Origin: Anaeramoeba ignava BMAN
Taxonomy: Eukaryota; Protista; Anaeramoebae
DNA length: 64,000 nucleotides
Direction of reading: 5' to 3'
NCBI GenBank assembly: GCA_028826165.1
Contig: JAPDFW010000093.1
Span: 220,622-284,621 of the forward strand
In this document: piece after piece, positions 14,765 through 28,063 of the stretch
How positions within the stretch are numbered: the first letter of the stretch is position 1
How the letters are laid out: every line of letters starts with the position of its first letter
Notes under the pieces: model-generated
What the model was told of the DNA's origin: nothing
The model's database searches: none
The model's input: only the letters and a program-made list of their open reading frames with translations
Translations under genes and position numbers: made by a program

Positions 14765-14930
14765 TTTTAAAAAGTAAAAAATGAAAAAATGATTTTTGGA
14801 ATTTTAATTTTAATTTTAATTTTAATTTTGATTTTAATTTTAATTTTAATTTTTAATTTTAATTTTAATTTTGATTTTAATTTTAATTTTGATTTTAATT
14901 TTAATTTGAATATTAATTTTAATTTTAATT

Positions 14931-16715
14931 TTAATTTTGATTATTAAATTTATTAATTAATAAATCAAATAAATTTGGATTTGTTTGATTTAATTGAAAA
15001 TAATCAATTCCAATTTCAATTTCGTCGATTATTTCTTGTGTAATTTGAATTTCATCTTTAATTTGATTTGAATAAATCCAATATTCAAATATTTGAAATG
15101 ATTTATTACTTAATTCACTATAATCTGTAACTTTATTTGATTTATCTTCAGTTACAGATAAAAACATTCCTCGATATAATTCACTTCTCATTATTAATAT
15201 TAATTTAGGAAATTTATATTGTTTTTCTTTTCTTTCAATAATAAAATCTTTTTCATTTTCATTTAAATAAATTCTTTTCATTGTTTCTTCAATTTTTTCA
15301 TTTGAATTTATAATTTCTTTAATTTCAGAATATAATTTTGGATTTATAATTCTGTTTGAATAAATCATTTCAAATATTTGATTTGATTCTTTAATTGATT
15401 TAGTTTGAAATAATTTCTTGAAGTTTTTCATTTTGATTTTGATTTTGATTTAATCTATATTTCAATATTAATTTATGAGCTTTGATTATTTCTCCATTTT
15501 TGGTTTTAAATGAAATATCACAAAATTCTTTTCTTCTAAATAATTTTATCAAATCTTCTTCAAGATTGGAAAAAGAAAGAAAAGGAGAATAATAAAGAAA
15601 TGAACTGTCATCTCCACAAAGAACATGATAATTAGAAATATTTTCATTAAATCTTAATTTAGGAAGTTTAATTTGAATTGGAATTAATTGATCTTCTGTA
15701 TCTCCAGTTCCTAATTGACCATATTCATTATTTCCAAATCCAATTAATTTCCCTTTATATGTTAAAATCAAATTATGAAAACCTCCAGAAGAAAATTCAA
15801 GAATATTATCATCATTTTCAAATAAAGATGATTTAATTTCAGTAAATTCATAAGTATGCCCATATTTTTTGTCAAGTCCATTATTTTGAAAATTTCCACA
15901 TGAATAAAGTTTTCTTTTTGGGTTTTCATTTTCATTTTCAATTAACATTATTGAATGCCAACTTCCACATTGAATATCAATTATTTTACCTTTTGGAATA
16001 TTTTGGATTTTGGTTAATTTTGTGATTTTTTTTTCTTCTTTTCTTGATTTTCCTAATCCAAGTTGGCCAGAACTGTTATATCCGCATCCGAATAATTCTT
16101 GATTTAAATTCAAAAGAAAAACATGATTTGAAGAATTTCCTGAAAATATTTTAGAAACATTTTTCATCATTAAAATTGGTTTTTCTGTTTCATAAAGTGT
16201 TTTAGAATCAAAACCAAGTTGACCATATTGATTTAAACCAATTCCATAAGCATTTTGATTTGAAGTTAATAAGTAAATTGAACTATCTCCAGAAACAATA
16301 TCTTGAATTATTCTATCATTTGTATCTTCAATTAATGATGAAATATTGATAAATTTTTTTGGATTAATAGCAAATCCTTTGGCAAATACATTTCCTTCTA
16401 TTGTTAAAATAGCTTCATTTTTATAACCAACAGTTACTTTTTGAATATTTTCTTCAATTTGGATTTTTTCAGGATTTTGATTTTGATTTTGTTTTGGATA
16501 TTCTAAATATTCTATTGCTTTTCCATTTTTGAAAAGGAAAATTGTTGAAAAATAACTTGTTGAAATTTGTTTAATTTGTTTTTCATTTTCATTTTCATTT
16601 TCATTTTCATTTTCATTTTCATTTTCAAATTTAAATTGAATTGGTTTTATTTTTCTGGTTCATTTTTGATAAGAATTGGATATTTATTTTCACCAAAAAA
16701 TAAACAATCATTCAT
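14931..16715 (-). CDS. RCC1-BTB copy B (two compensating 1-nt indels, probably assembly errors)
   Basis: ATG at 16715 (MNDCLFFGENKYP). Colinear with copy A. Frame slips at ~16650 and ~15402; overall length 1785 nt = 595 codons. Confidence 0.82.
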
Positions 16716-16875
16716 TTTTGAAAAGAAAAAAAATGAAAAAATGAAATTTTAATTTTAATTTTGAATTTTAATTTTAATTTTAATTTTAATTTTAATTTTA
16801 ATTTTATTTTTAATTTTGATTTTAATTTTAATTTTAATTTTGATTTTAATTTTGATATTAATTTTAATTTTAATT

Positions 16876-18792
16876 GGCTCACTTGAAAACCCTTCCAAGT
16901 GGCGAATAAAGGATTTTGGAACATAGAATCAAAGGGGAAATTTTTTGGTTGGATGCCAAAAAAGAAAAATTAATAAAAGATCTTGTTTAGACAACCAACA
17001 GGTTTTTTGACTTTTGTAGCATTATTGAAAGTGAATATTAATTCAAATGAACAAAAATAATAAATATTTTAATTAAAGAAAAATTCTCACTTTAAATTCT
17101 TCTCACTTTAATTCCACTTTTTAAGAAAATTTTCATTCAGCATCTAAGTTTATTTTCATTTTACTTTTATTTTTACTTACCTTTTTTTGCTTTTGAATCA
17201 ATTGAAAATGTCAAATCGCTTAATCTTTGAAGGAAAAATTTATCGATTGAAATGGAATAATGTGGAACGGAGCACAAAGTACTGGAGTTGTTTGTTTCCT
17301 GGTTGTAACGGAACAATAGTGGAAAAGAACGGACAATTAATACCTGGCAGACCTCATTCTGAAGATTGTTCAAGTCCAGAAAGATCAGAAATGGAAGCAA
17401 AATCATTGTTTTGGGGTTTATTTCTACTGAACTAAGGAAATTAGAGAATAAATCTGTTGATATTTATAATGAAGCTGTGAAGAAGATCACCGAGAAGATG
17501 AATGGGAAAAATGAAAAATTTGAAATTCCTCCACAACAGGAAGTACTCTCCTATATATCTCATAAAAGGAAAAAGATTTTTCCCTATGACCATTTAAGGA
17601 TTGTTTCCAGCTATCCTTACTCTAAAACAAAAGATGGATATCAATTTTGGAGATTCACTTCTGAGATATTAATTAGTGGAAAAAAGGAAATAGCAATGTT
17701 TTGGTTTTCTGATTTTGTTTCTCGTCCGTTTCTTGAAGCCAATCGAATTGTTCCTGGACGGGACCTTTTTAAGTGCTGCAGATCCTTTCAAACAACTCGT
17801 TTCTCTAATGGTCTATGATACAAGGTGCAGAATGTATATTCCAACACATTATATAGCCTTAACTGACAATTCCAAGAATTTATATAAGTATGCACTCAAT
17901 TTCCTCTTTACATTTCTTCTTCAAAATCAAATTAAATTATCTTATATCACCTGCGATTTTGAATGGACCCTCCAACAAGCTTTGAAGGAAACAATCCCAC
18001 AAGCAAAAATTGTGGGATGTTTCTTTCATTTCAAGAAAGCAGTACAAGCCAAATTAATGAAGTTTGCTCCTACACCAACTGAGGAAGAAAAACAAATTAT
18101 CATGGAAGAAATTGAAATCCTAACCTTTATTCCACCTGAAGAGATTGAAGGAAAGGTTCAAGAATTAGCAAATAAATTTTCTAAATTTTCAAAATTTTTC
18201 CAATATTTTCGTACAACTTGGTTGAAGAAATATGGACATTCAAGATGGAACATTCATTCTTATCCCAATTTATGGGAAAGAACCAACAATCCACTCGAGG
18301 GTTATCATAAAAAGCTTAATTCTATTCTCAAGCATGAAAAACCCAATATTTGTAAGATGGCTGAATTATTAATCAATGAGGAAGATTATTATCGCAGGAA
18401 AATGATGGAGAATCTCAACCAATGGTCAAACCATCCAGTGGATGAAAAAAGAGAAGAAACGAAACAATGGATGAATAGAATGAAGGTTTATTTAGATCAA
18501 AGAAAAGAAAAGTCAAATTTACAGATGACAAATTCACAAAGAAATAAACCTTCTCCAAGTCAAGAGAAAAGACGATTTCATTGCTCTCTATGCGGTTCGC
18601 CATATCATACGAAAAAGAAATGCTCTTTAAATCCCCAAAACAAATAATTTCAAAAGGAAAAATTTTTTTGGCGCAATAACAAGAATTTGGTTGTGATTTT
18701 TTTCCAATCAAAAAAACAAAAAAAAAATTTCCCCTTTGATTCTATGTTCCAAAATCCTTTATTCGCCACTTGGAAGGGTTTTCAAGTGAGCC
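16876..18792 (+). mobile_element. Mutator-like (MULE) DNA transposon, 1917 bp, perfect 71-bp TIRs, 8-bp TSD TTTTAATT
   Basis: Left TIR 16876-16946 (GGCTCACTTGAAAACCCTTCCAAGTGGCG...GGGGAAATTTTTT) is the exact reverse complement of 18722-18792. TTTTAATT flanks both ends (16868-16875, 18793-18800). Internal DDE transposase. Confidence 0.95.
17208..18647 (+). CDS. MULE transposase (FLYWCH/WRKY-like Zn finger, DDE core, C-terminal CCHC knuckle), ~479 aa after fixing two compensating indels
   Basis: 'YWSCLFPGC...H..C'; 'LFLDGTF' (D1); 'ITCDFE' (D2); 'GCFFH' (CxxH); 'RTNNPLEGYH' (E); 'CSLCGSPYHTKKKC'. Indels at ~17410 (T-run) and ~17740 (CC). Confidence 0.9.
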
Positions 18793-19324
18793 TTTTAATT
18801 TTAATTTTAATTTTAATTTTTATTTTTATTTTAATTTTAATTTTAATTTTGATTTTAATTTTAATTTTAATTTTAATTTTAATTTTAATTTTAATTTTAA
18901 TTTTAATTTTAATTTTAATTTTTAATTTTTAATTTTAATTTTTAATTTTAATTTTGATTTTAATTTTAATTTTGATTTTAATTTTAATTTTAATTTTAAT
19001 TTTAATTTTAATTTTAATTTTTGATTTTATTTTAATTTTTAATTTTAATTTTAATTTTAGTTTAATTTTTAATTTTAATTTTAATTTTAATTTTAAATTT
19101 TGATTTTGATTTTAATTTTAATTTTGATTTTAATTTTTAATTTTAATTTTAATTTTGATTTTAATTTTGATTTTTAATTTTAATTTTGATTTTAATTTTA
19201 ATTTTAATTTTAATTTTAATTTTAATTTTAATTTTAATTTTAATTTTAATTTTAATTTTAATTTTAATTTTAATTTTAATTTTTAATTTTAATTTTAATT
19301 TTAATTTTAATTTTAATTTAAATT

Positions 19325-21080
19325 TTAATTTTTAAATTGTTTAATTAATAAATCAAATAAATTTGGATTTGTTTGATTTAATTGAAAATAATCAATTCCA
19401 ATTTGAATTTCATCAATTATTTCTTGTGTAATTTGAATTTCATTTTTAATTTGATTTGAATAAATCCAATATTCAAATATTTGAAATGATTTATTACTTA
19501 ATTCACTATAATCTGTAACTTTATTTGAAGTATCATTTGTTACAGATAAAAACATTCCTCGATATAATTCACTTCTCATTATTAATATTAATTTTGGAAA
19601 TTTATATTGTTTTTCTTTTCTTTCAATAATAAAATCTTTTTCATTTTCATTTAAATAAATTCTTTTCATTGTTTCTTCAATTTTTTCATTTGAATTTATA
19701 ATTTCTTTAATTTCAGAATATAATTTTGGATTTATAATTCTGTTTGAATAAATCATTTCAAATATTTGATTTGATTCTTTAATTGATTTATTTGAAATAA
19801 TTTCTTGAAGTTTTTCAATTTCATTTTGATTTTGATTTAATCTATATTTCAATATTAATTTATGAGCTTTAATTATTTCTCCATTTTCTGGTTTTAAATG
19901 AAATATCACAAAATTCTTTTCTTTCAAATAATTTTATCAAATCTTCTTCAAGATTGGAAAAAGAAAGAGGAGAATAATAAAGAAATGATCTGTTTTCTCC
20001 ACAAGAAAGATGATAATTAGAAATATCTTCATTAAATCTTAATTTAGGAAGTTCAATTTGAATTGGAATTAATTTATCTTTTGTATCTCCAGTTCCTAAT
20101 TGACCATAAAAATTATATCCAAATCCTATCAATTTTGAATTAGATGTTAAAATCAAAGTATGCTGATATCCACAAGAAAATTCAAGAATATTATCATTTT
20201 CAAATAAAGATGATTTGATTTCAGTAAATTCATAAGTATGCCCATATTTTTTGTCAAGTCCATTATTTTGAAAATTTCCACATGAATAAAGTTTTCTTTT
20301 TTGATTTTGATTTTGATTTTCAATTAACATTATTGAATGACAACTTCCACATTGAATATCAATTATTTTACCTTTTGGAATATTTTGGATTTTGATTAAT
20401 TTTGTGATTTTTTTTTCTTCTTCTCTTGATTTTCCTAATCCAACTTGACCACAAATGTTATATCCGCATCCAAATAATTCTTGATTTGAATTTAAAAGAA
20501 AAACATGATTTGAATAATTTCCTGAAAATATTTTAGAAACATTTTTCATCATTAAAATTGGTTTTTCTGTTTCATGAAGTGTTTTAGAATCAAAACCAAG
20601 TTGACCATATTGATTTAAACCAATTCCATAAGCATTTTGATTTGAAGTTAATAAGTAAATTGAACTATCTCCAGAAACAATATCTTGAATTATTCTATCA
20701 TTTGTATCTTCAATTAATGATGAAATATTGATAAATTCATTTGGATTATTTGAATTAATATCTCTTCCTTTGGCAAATACATTTCCTTCTATTGTTAAAA
20801 TAGCTTCATCTTGATAACCTACAGTTACTTTTTGAATATTTTCTTCAATTTGGATTTTTGAAGGATTTTGTTTTGGATATTCTAAATATTCTATTGCTTT
20901 TCCATTTTTAAAAAGGAAAATTATTCCAAAATAACCTGTTGAAATTTGTTTAATTTGTTTTTCATTTTCATTTTCATTTTCATTTTCAAATTTAAATTGA
21001 ATTGGTTTTGTTATTTTTTCTGGTTCATTTTTGATAAGAATTAGATATTTATTTTGACCAAAAAATAAACAATCATTCAT
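19325..21080 (-). CDS. RCC1-BTB copy C (1-nt insertions at ~19890 and near the 3' end)
   Basis: ORFs 19869-21080 and 19325-19927 together are colinear with copy A. Confidence 0.82.
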
Positions 21081-21165
21081 TTTTGAAAAGAAAAAAATGA
21101 AAAAATGAATTTTAATTTTAATTTTAATTTTAATTTTATTTTTAATTTTAATTTTGATTTTAATT

Positions 21166-21513
21166 TTAATTTTGATTTTGATTATTAAATTTGTTAATTA
21201 ATAAATCAAATAAATTTGGATTTGTTTGATTTAATTGAAAATAATCAATTCCTCTTTCTATTTCATTAATTATTTCTTTTGTAATTTCAATTCCATTTTT
21301 AATTTGATTTGAATAAATCCAATATTCAAATATTTGAAATGATTTATTACTTAATTCACTATAATCTGTAACTTTATTAGATTTATCTTCAGTTACAGAT
21401 AAAAACATTCCTCGATATAATTCACTTCTCATTATTAATATTAATTTTGGAAATTTATATTGTTTTTCTTTTCTTTCAATTATAAAATCTTTTTCATTTT
21501 CATTTTCATTTTC
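21166..21513 (-). pseudogene. 5'-truncated RCC1-BTB fragment (copy E, last ~110 codons only)
   Basis: Matches the family C-terminus ('EKDFIIERKEKQYKFPKLILIMRSELYRGMF...NKFNNQNQN'). Homology ends inside the ENENE repeat, where the upstream region of BTB-TLDc copy 2 begins. Confidence 0.85.
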
Positions 21514-21538
21514 ATTTTTTTCATTTTTTTATTCAAAA

Positions 21539-22999
21539 ATGGAAACTTATTTAAATTTAGAAAAACTTTCAAATGATTTAAAAAATTTATTTCAAAATCA
21601 AAATCAAAATCAAAATGAAAATGAAAATGAAAGTTATTTTGATTTTGAAATAATTTGTGAACAAAATAAAACTTCATTTAAAACTCATAAATCAATTCTT
21701 TCTTCAAGAAGTCAATATTTTAAAACTCTTTTTAATTCAAAAATGAAAGAATACCAAGAAAATAAATTAATTCTAAAAGATGTTTCAAGTTCAATTCTAT
21801 TTTCAATTTTAAATTACTTTTATTCAGGAAAAATTGAAATTAATTTAGAAAATGCAGTTGAAATTTTAATTTTTTCTTCAAAATATTTTATTGATGAATT
21901 AATTCAAATTTCTTTAAAATTTATCAAAAACAATTTACAAATTGAAACCATTGTTGATGTTCTTAAATTATCTGAATCAATGAATTTAAACGAACTAATA
22001 GATTCTTCTTATCAATTTATTTTTCAAAATTTTACAGAACTTATCGAAACTTCATTTTTTCTTGAACTTGAAGAAAATCATTTAAATTCAATATTATCAA
22101 ATGATAAAATCCCGAATAAATGAATTTGAACTATTTCAAGCAATAATAAAATGGGGAAAACATAAATTAAATATTAATCAAGAAAAAGAAAAATTACAAA
22201 ATCAAATTTCAAATTTTATTCAAAAAATCAGATTTATTGATTTTTCAGAACAAGAAATTGAAGATACTTTGAAAGAAGATTTAATTCCAAATCAAATTTC
22301 ACAAAAATTAATTCAATTCCAAAAACTTCAAAAACAAAATGATAAACGAGAATTAGATCAATTTATATTCAAAATGAAAATCAAAACTCATTATTTTTTA
22401 AAACAAGATTAGGTTTGAATTCTTCATCAATAATCCAAGAAAAGGAACATTTTAAGAAATTAAAAGAATGGATAAATGATGATGAATTCTTTTATAAAAT
22501 GGAATTGGGATTTTCAGCAAAAAGAGATTTTTTTGATTGTAATAAATGGCATTCAAAATGCGATAATAAAGGAAAAACATTAGTTATTATCAAAACAAAA
22601 GATAATTTTATTTTTGGAGGATTCACTCAAGTTGGATGGACAACTGATAGATCAAAATGGAAAGAAGAAGAGGTAAATAATCCTTGGGGATACATCATTG
22701 ATCCAAAATCATTTATTTTTTCATTAAGAAATGATAAGAATGATAGAAAATCAGAAAAATTTAAAATTAAATCAGCGCAAACAATGCATTCAATTTTCTA
22801 CTATTCTGAGGGTGGTCCGAGCTTTGGAAGAGGACTTGATATTTGTATCAGATCAAATTTGAAGGATAGTTATTCAAATTTTGGATATTCTTATCATCTT
22901 CCTCATGGGGTTGAATATAATACAAAAGAAGCTAAGAGTTATTTAGCTGGTTCTTATAATCACTGGGTTGTTGATGAACTTGAAACTTATTTCATTTAA
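21539..22999 (+). CDS. BTB-BACK-TLDc protein, copy 2 (indels at ~22110 and ~22366)
   Basis: Three ORF pieces are colinear with copy 1; the N-terminus 'METYLNLEKLSNDLKNLF' is identical. Confidence 0.82.
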
Positions 23000-23089
23000 A
23001 AAACTTTTTTTTTATTCTTTTTCCAAAAGGAGGAAACGAAAAAAAGTGGAACAAGCTTCATCAATAAAAATTTCCTAAACAAATTAGAA

Positions 23090-24225
23090 TTTCTTTTATT
23101 AATATTATTTAATTAATATTATATTGAAAATGGAAATTATTTTGAATTAATATTTAATTAATAAATAAATTTAAAAATTAATTTATAATAAATTGATTGA
23201 AATTTTATTATTAATTTATAAATTATTTATTTAAATTTCTTTTATTAATATTATTTAATTAATATTATATCGAAAATGGAAATTATTTTGAATTAATATT
23301 TAATTATTTAATTTGTAAAATTAATTTTTAAAAAAATTTTAATTATGAAGAATAAATTAGGTTTTTAAATTTTTTCTTTTATTAATATTATTTAATTAAT
23401 ATTATATCGAAAATGGAAATTATTTTGAATTAATATTTAATTTATAAATAGATTTAAAAATTAATTTATAATAAATTGATTGAAATTTTATTATTAATTT
23501 ATAAATTATTTATTTAAATTTATTTTTATTAATATTATTTAATCAATATTATATCGAAAATGGAAATTATTTTGAATTAATATTTAATTAATAAATAAAT
23601 TTAAAAATTAATTTATAATAAATTGATTGAAATTTTATTATTAATTTATGAATTATTTATTTAAAATTTCTTTTATTAATATTATTTAATTAATATTATA
23701 TCGAAAATGGAAATTATTTTGAATTAATATTTAATTAATAAATAAATTTAAAAATTAATTTATAATAAATTGATTAAAATTTTATTATTAATTTATGAAT
23801 TATTTATTTAAATTTCTTTTATTAATATTATTTAATTATTAATATTAATATTATATCGAAAATGGAAATTATTTTGAATTAATATTTAATTCTAATTTAA
23901 AAATTAAATAGAATAATCTAGGTTTTTAAATTTTTTCTTTTATTAATATTATTTAATTAATATTATATCGAAAATGGAAATTATTTTGAATTAATATTTA
24001 ATTTATAAATAGATTTAAAAATTAATTTATAATAAATTGATTAAAATTTTATTATTAATTTATAAATTATTTATTTAAATTTCTTTTATTAATATTATTT
24101 AATCAATATTATATCGAAAATGGAAATTATTTTGAATTAATATTTAATTTATAAATAGATTTAAAAATTAATTTATAATAAATTGATTAAAATTTTATTA
24201 TTAATTTATAAATTATTTATTTGAA
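23090..24225. repeat. AT-rich tandem array 2, ~8 copies, modal period 146-147 bp
   Basis: Marker GAAAATGG at 23126, 23272, 23409, 23556, 23703, 23858, 23970 and 24116. Confidence 0.9.
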
Positions 24226-24743
24226 TTCTTAATATTTATGTAAATAGGGGTAATTTTTTAATTAAAGAAATTAAATAAAAAAAATAAACTTGTTTTTTTG
24301 CTTTAAATTAATAAGTGATTAAATTGTTTCTTTTTTTTTGCTTTTCTTTTTTATTTTAATTAAAAAAAAAACAAACAAGATCAAAACATTTTTTTTTTAA
24401 AACTTTTTTATTTTTAAAAAGAGTTTTAATAAGTTCTAGTCAAATAATTTAATTGTTTGAATAGTTAATTAAAAGTTTTTTTTCTTAGTTTTAATTCTTT
24501 TATTAAAAAAATAAAGCAAAAAAATAAAGAAAAAACTTAAAAAAATAAGAAATGATTAATAAATGACTAATTAAAATTGGTATAAAAGAAAAAAAAAATT
24601 TTTTTTTATTTTTCATTTTTCATTTTAAAAGAAATATTTCTTTTATTTTGTAATTATTGATTAAAAAATTTAAAATAAAATAAAAAATAATTTTATTGAT
24701 TAAAAAATTATTGATTAAAATAAAAATAAAATAGAAAACTAAA

Positions 24744-25875
<1,132 letters not shown>

Positions 25876-26140
25876 ATAGCATTTTTTTTAAAAGAAATAA
25901 TTTTCTTTTTTCTTTTTTCTTTTTTTTCATTTTTTTTTTTTTGGAAGGAATCTTTTTAACTAATACTTCTTTAAAACAAAATTAAGGAAAATAAAACAAA
26001 TTTGGTTCTTCTTCAAAATAATTTTTTAATTTTAATTTTAATTTTGATTTTGATTTTAATTTTGATTTTAATTTTGATTTTTAATTTTAATTTTAATTTT
26101 AATTTTAATTTTAATTTTAATTTTAATTTTAATTTTAATT

Positions 26141-27936
26141 TTAATTTTGATTATTAAATTTCTTAATTAATAAATCAAATAAATTTGGATTTGTTTGATT
26201 TAATTGAAAATAATCAATTCCAATTTCAATTTCGTCAATGATTTCTTTTGTAATTTGAATTTCATCTTTAATTTGATTTGAATAAATCCAATATTCAAAT
26301 AATTGAAATGATTTATTACTTAATTCACTATAATCTGTAACTTTATTAGAATTATCTTCAGTTACAGATAAAAACATTCCTCGATATAATTCACTTCTCA
26401 TTATTAATATTAATTTAGGAAATTTATATTGTTTTTCTTTTCTTTCAATTATAAAATCTTTTTCATTTTCATTTTCATTTTCATTTAAATAAATTCTTTT
26501 CATTGTTTCTTCAATTTTTTCATTTAAATTTATAATTTCTTTAATTTCAAAATATAATTTTGGATTTATTTTGGAATTATTTGAATAAATCATTTCAAAT
26601 ATTTGATTTGATTCTTTAATTGATTTAGTTGAAATAATTTCTTGAAGTTTTTCAATTTGATTTTGAATTTCATTTTGATTTAATCTATATTTCAATATTA
26701 ATTTATGAGCTGAGATTATTTCTCCATTTTTGGTTTTAAATGAAATATCACAAAATTCTTTTCTTTGGAATAGGTTTATCAAATCTTCTTCAATATTGGA
26801 AAAAGAAGAAATAAAAGGAGAATAATAAAGAAATGATTTATTAATGCCACAAGAAATATGATAATTGGAAATATTTTCATTAAATCTTAATTTAGGAAGT
26901 TCAATTTGAATTGGAATTGGTTGATTTTTGTATTTCCATTTCCTAATTGACCATATAAATTATATCCAAATCCTATTAATTTTGAATTAGAAGTTAAAAT
27001 CAAAGTATGCCTGTATCCAACAGAAAAATCAAGAATATTATTATCATTTTCAAATAAAGATGATTTGATTTCAGTAAATTCATAAGTATGCCCATATTTT
27101 TTGCCAAGTCCATTATATCGAAAATTTCCACATGAATAAAGTTTTCTTTTTGGATTTTGATTTTGATTTTCAATTAACATTATTGAATGACAACTTCCAC
27201 ATTGAATATCAATTATTTCACCTTTTGGAATATTTTGGATTTTGGTTAATTTTGTGATATATTCTTTTCTTGATTCTCCTAATCCAAGTTCACAAAATTC
27301 ATTCGATCCGCATACAAATAATTCTTGATTTGAATTTAAAAAAAAAACATGATTTGATGTATTTCCTGAAAATATTTTAGAAACATTTTTCATCATTAAA
27401 ATTGGTTTTTCTGTTTCTTTAAGTGTTTGAGAATCAATTCCAAGTTGATCAGAATCATTTGAACCAATTCCATAAGCATTTTGATTTAAAGTTAATAAAT
27501 AAATTGAAAAGGCAGAACAAACAATATCTTCAATTATTCTATCATTTGTATCTTCAATTAATGATGAAATATTGATAAATTCATTTGGATTATTTGGATT
27601 GACATCATTTCCTTTGGCAAATACATTTCCTTCTATTGTTAAAATAGCTTCATTTTTATAACCAACAGTTACTTTTTGAATATTTTCTTCAATTTGGATT
27701 TTTTCAGGATTTTGATTTAAATCATTTTCATTTAAATATTCTATTGCTTTTCCATTTTTAAAAAGGAAAATTGTTGAAAAAAAGTTTGATGAAATTTGTT
27801 TAATTTGTTTTTCATTTTCATTTTCATTTTCATTTTCATTTTCAAATTTAAATTGAATTGGTTTTGTTATTATTTCTGGTTCATTTTTTAAAAGAATTGG
27901 TTCTTGATTTAAACCAAAAAATAAAACTTCATTCAT
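26141..27936 (-). CDS. RCC1-BTB copy D (1-nt deletion in an A-run at ~26925)
   Basis: ORFs 26887-27936 and 26141-26782 plus the intervening sequence are colinear with copy A. Confidence 0.82.
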
Positions 27937-28063
27937 TTTCTTGATTTTAAATTTTTTAGAAAGGAAAAAATTGAAACTTACTTCATTTCCAAAAAATTTT
28001 TCTCAATTTAAAAAAAAAAAAAGAAGAAAATTAGATCATTTTTTTTTCATTTTTTTTATTATT

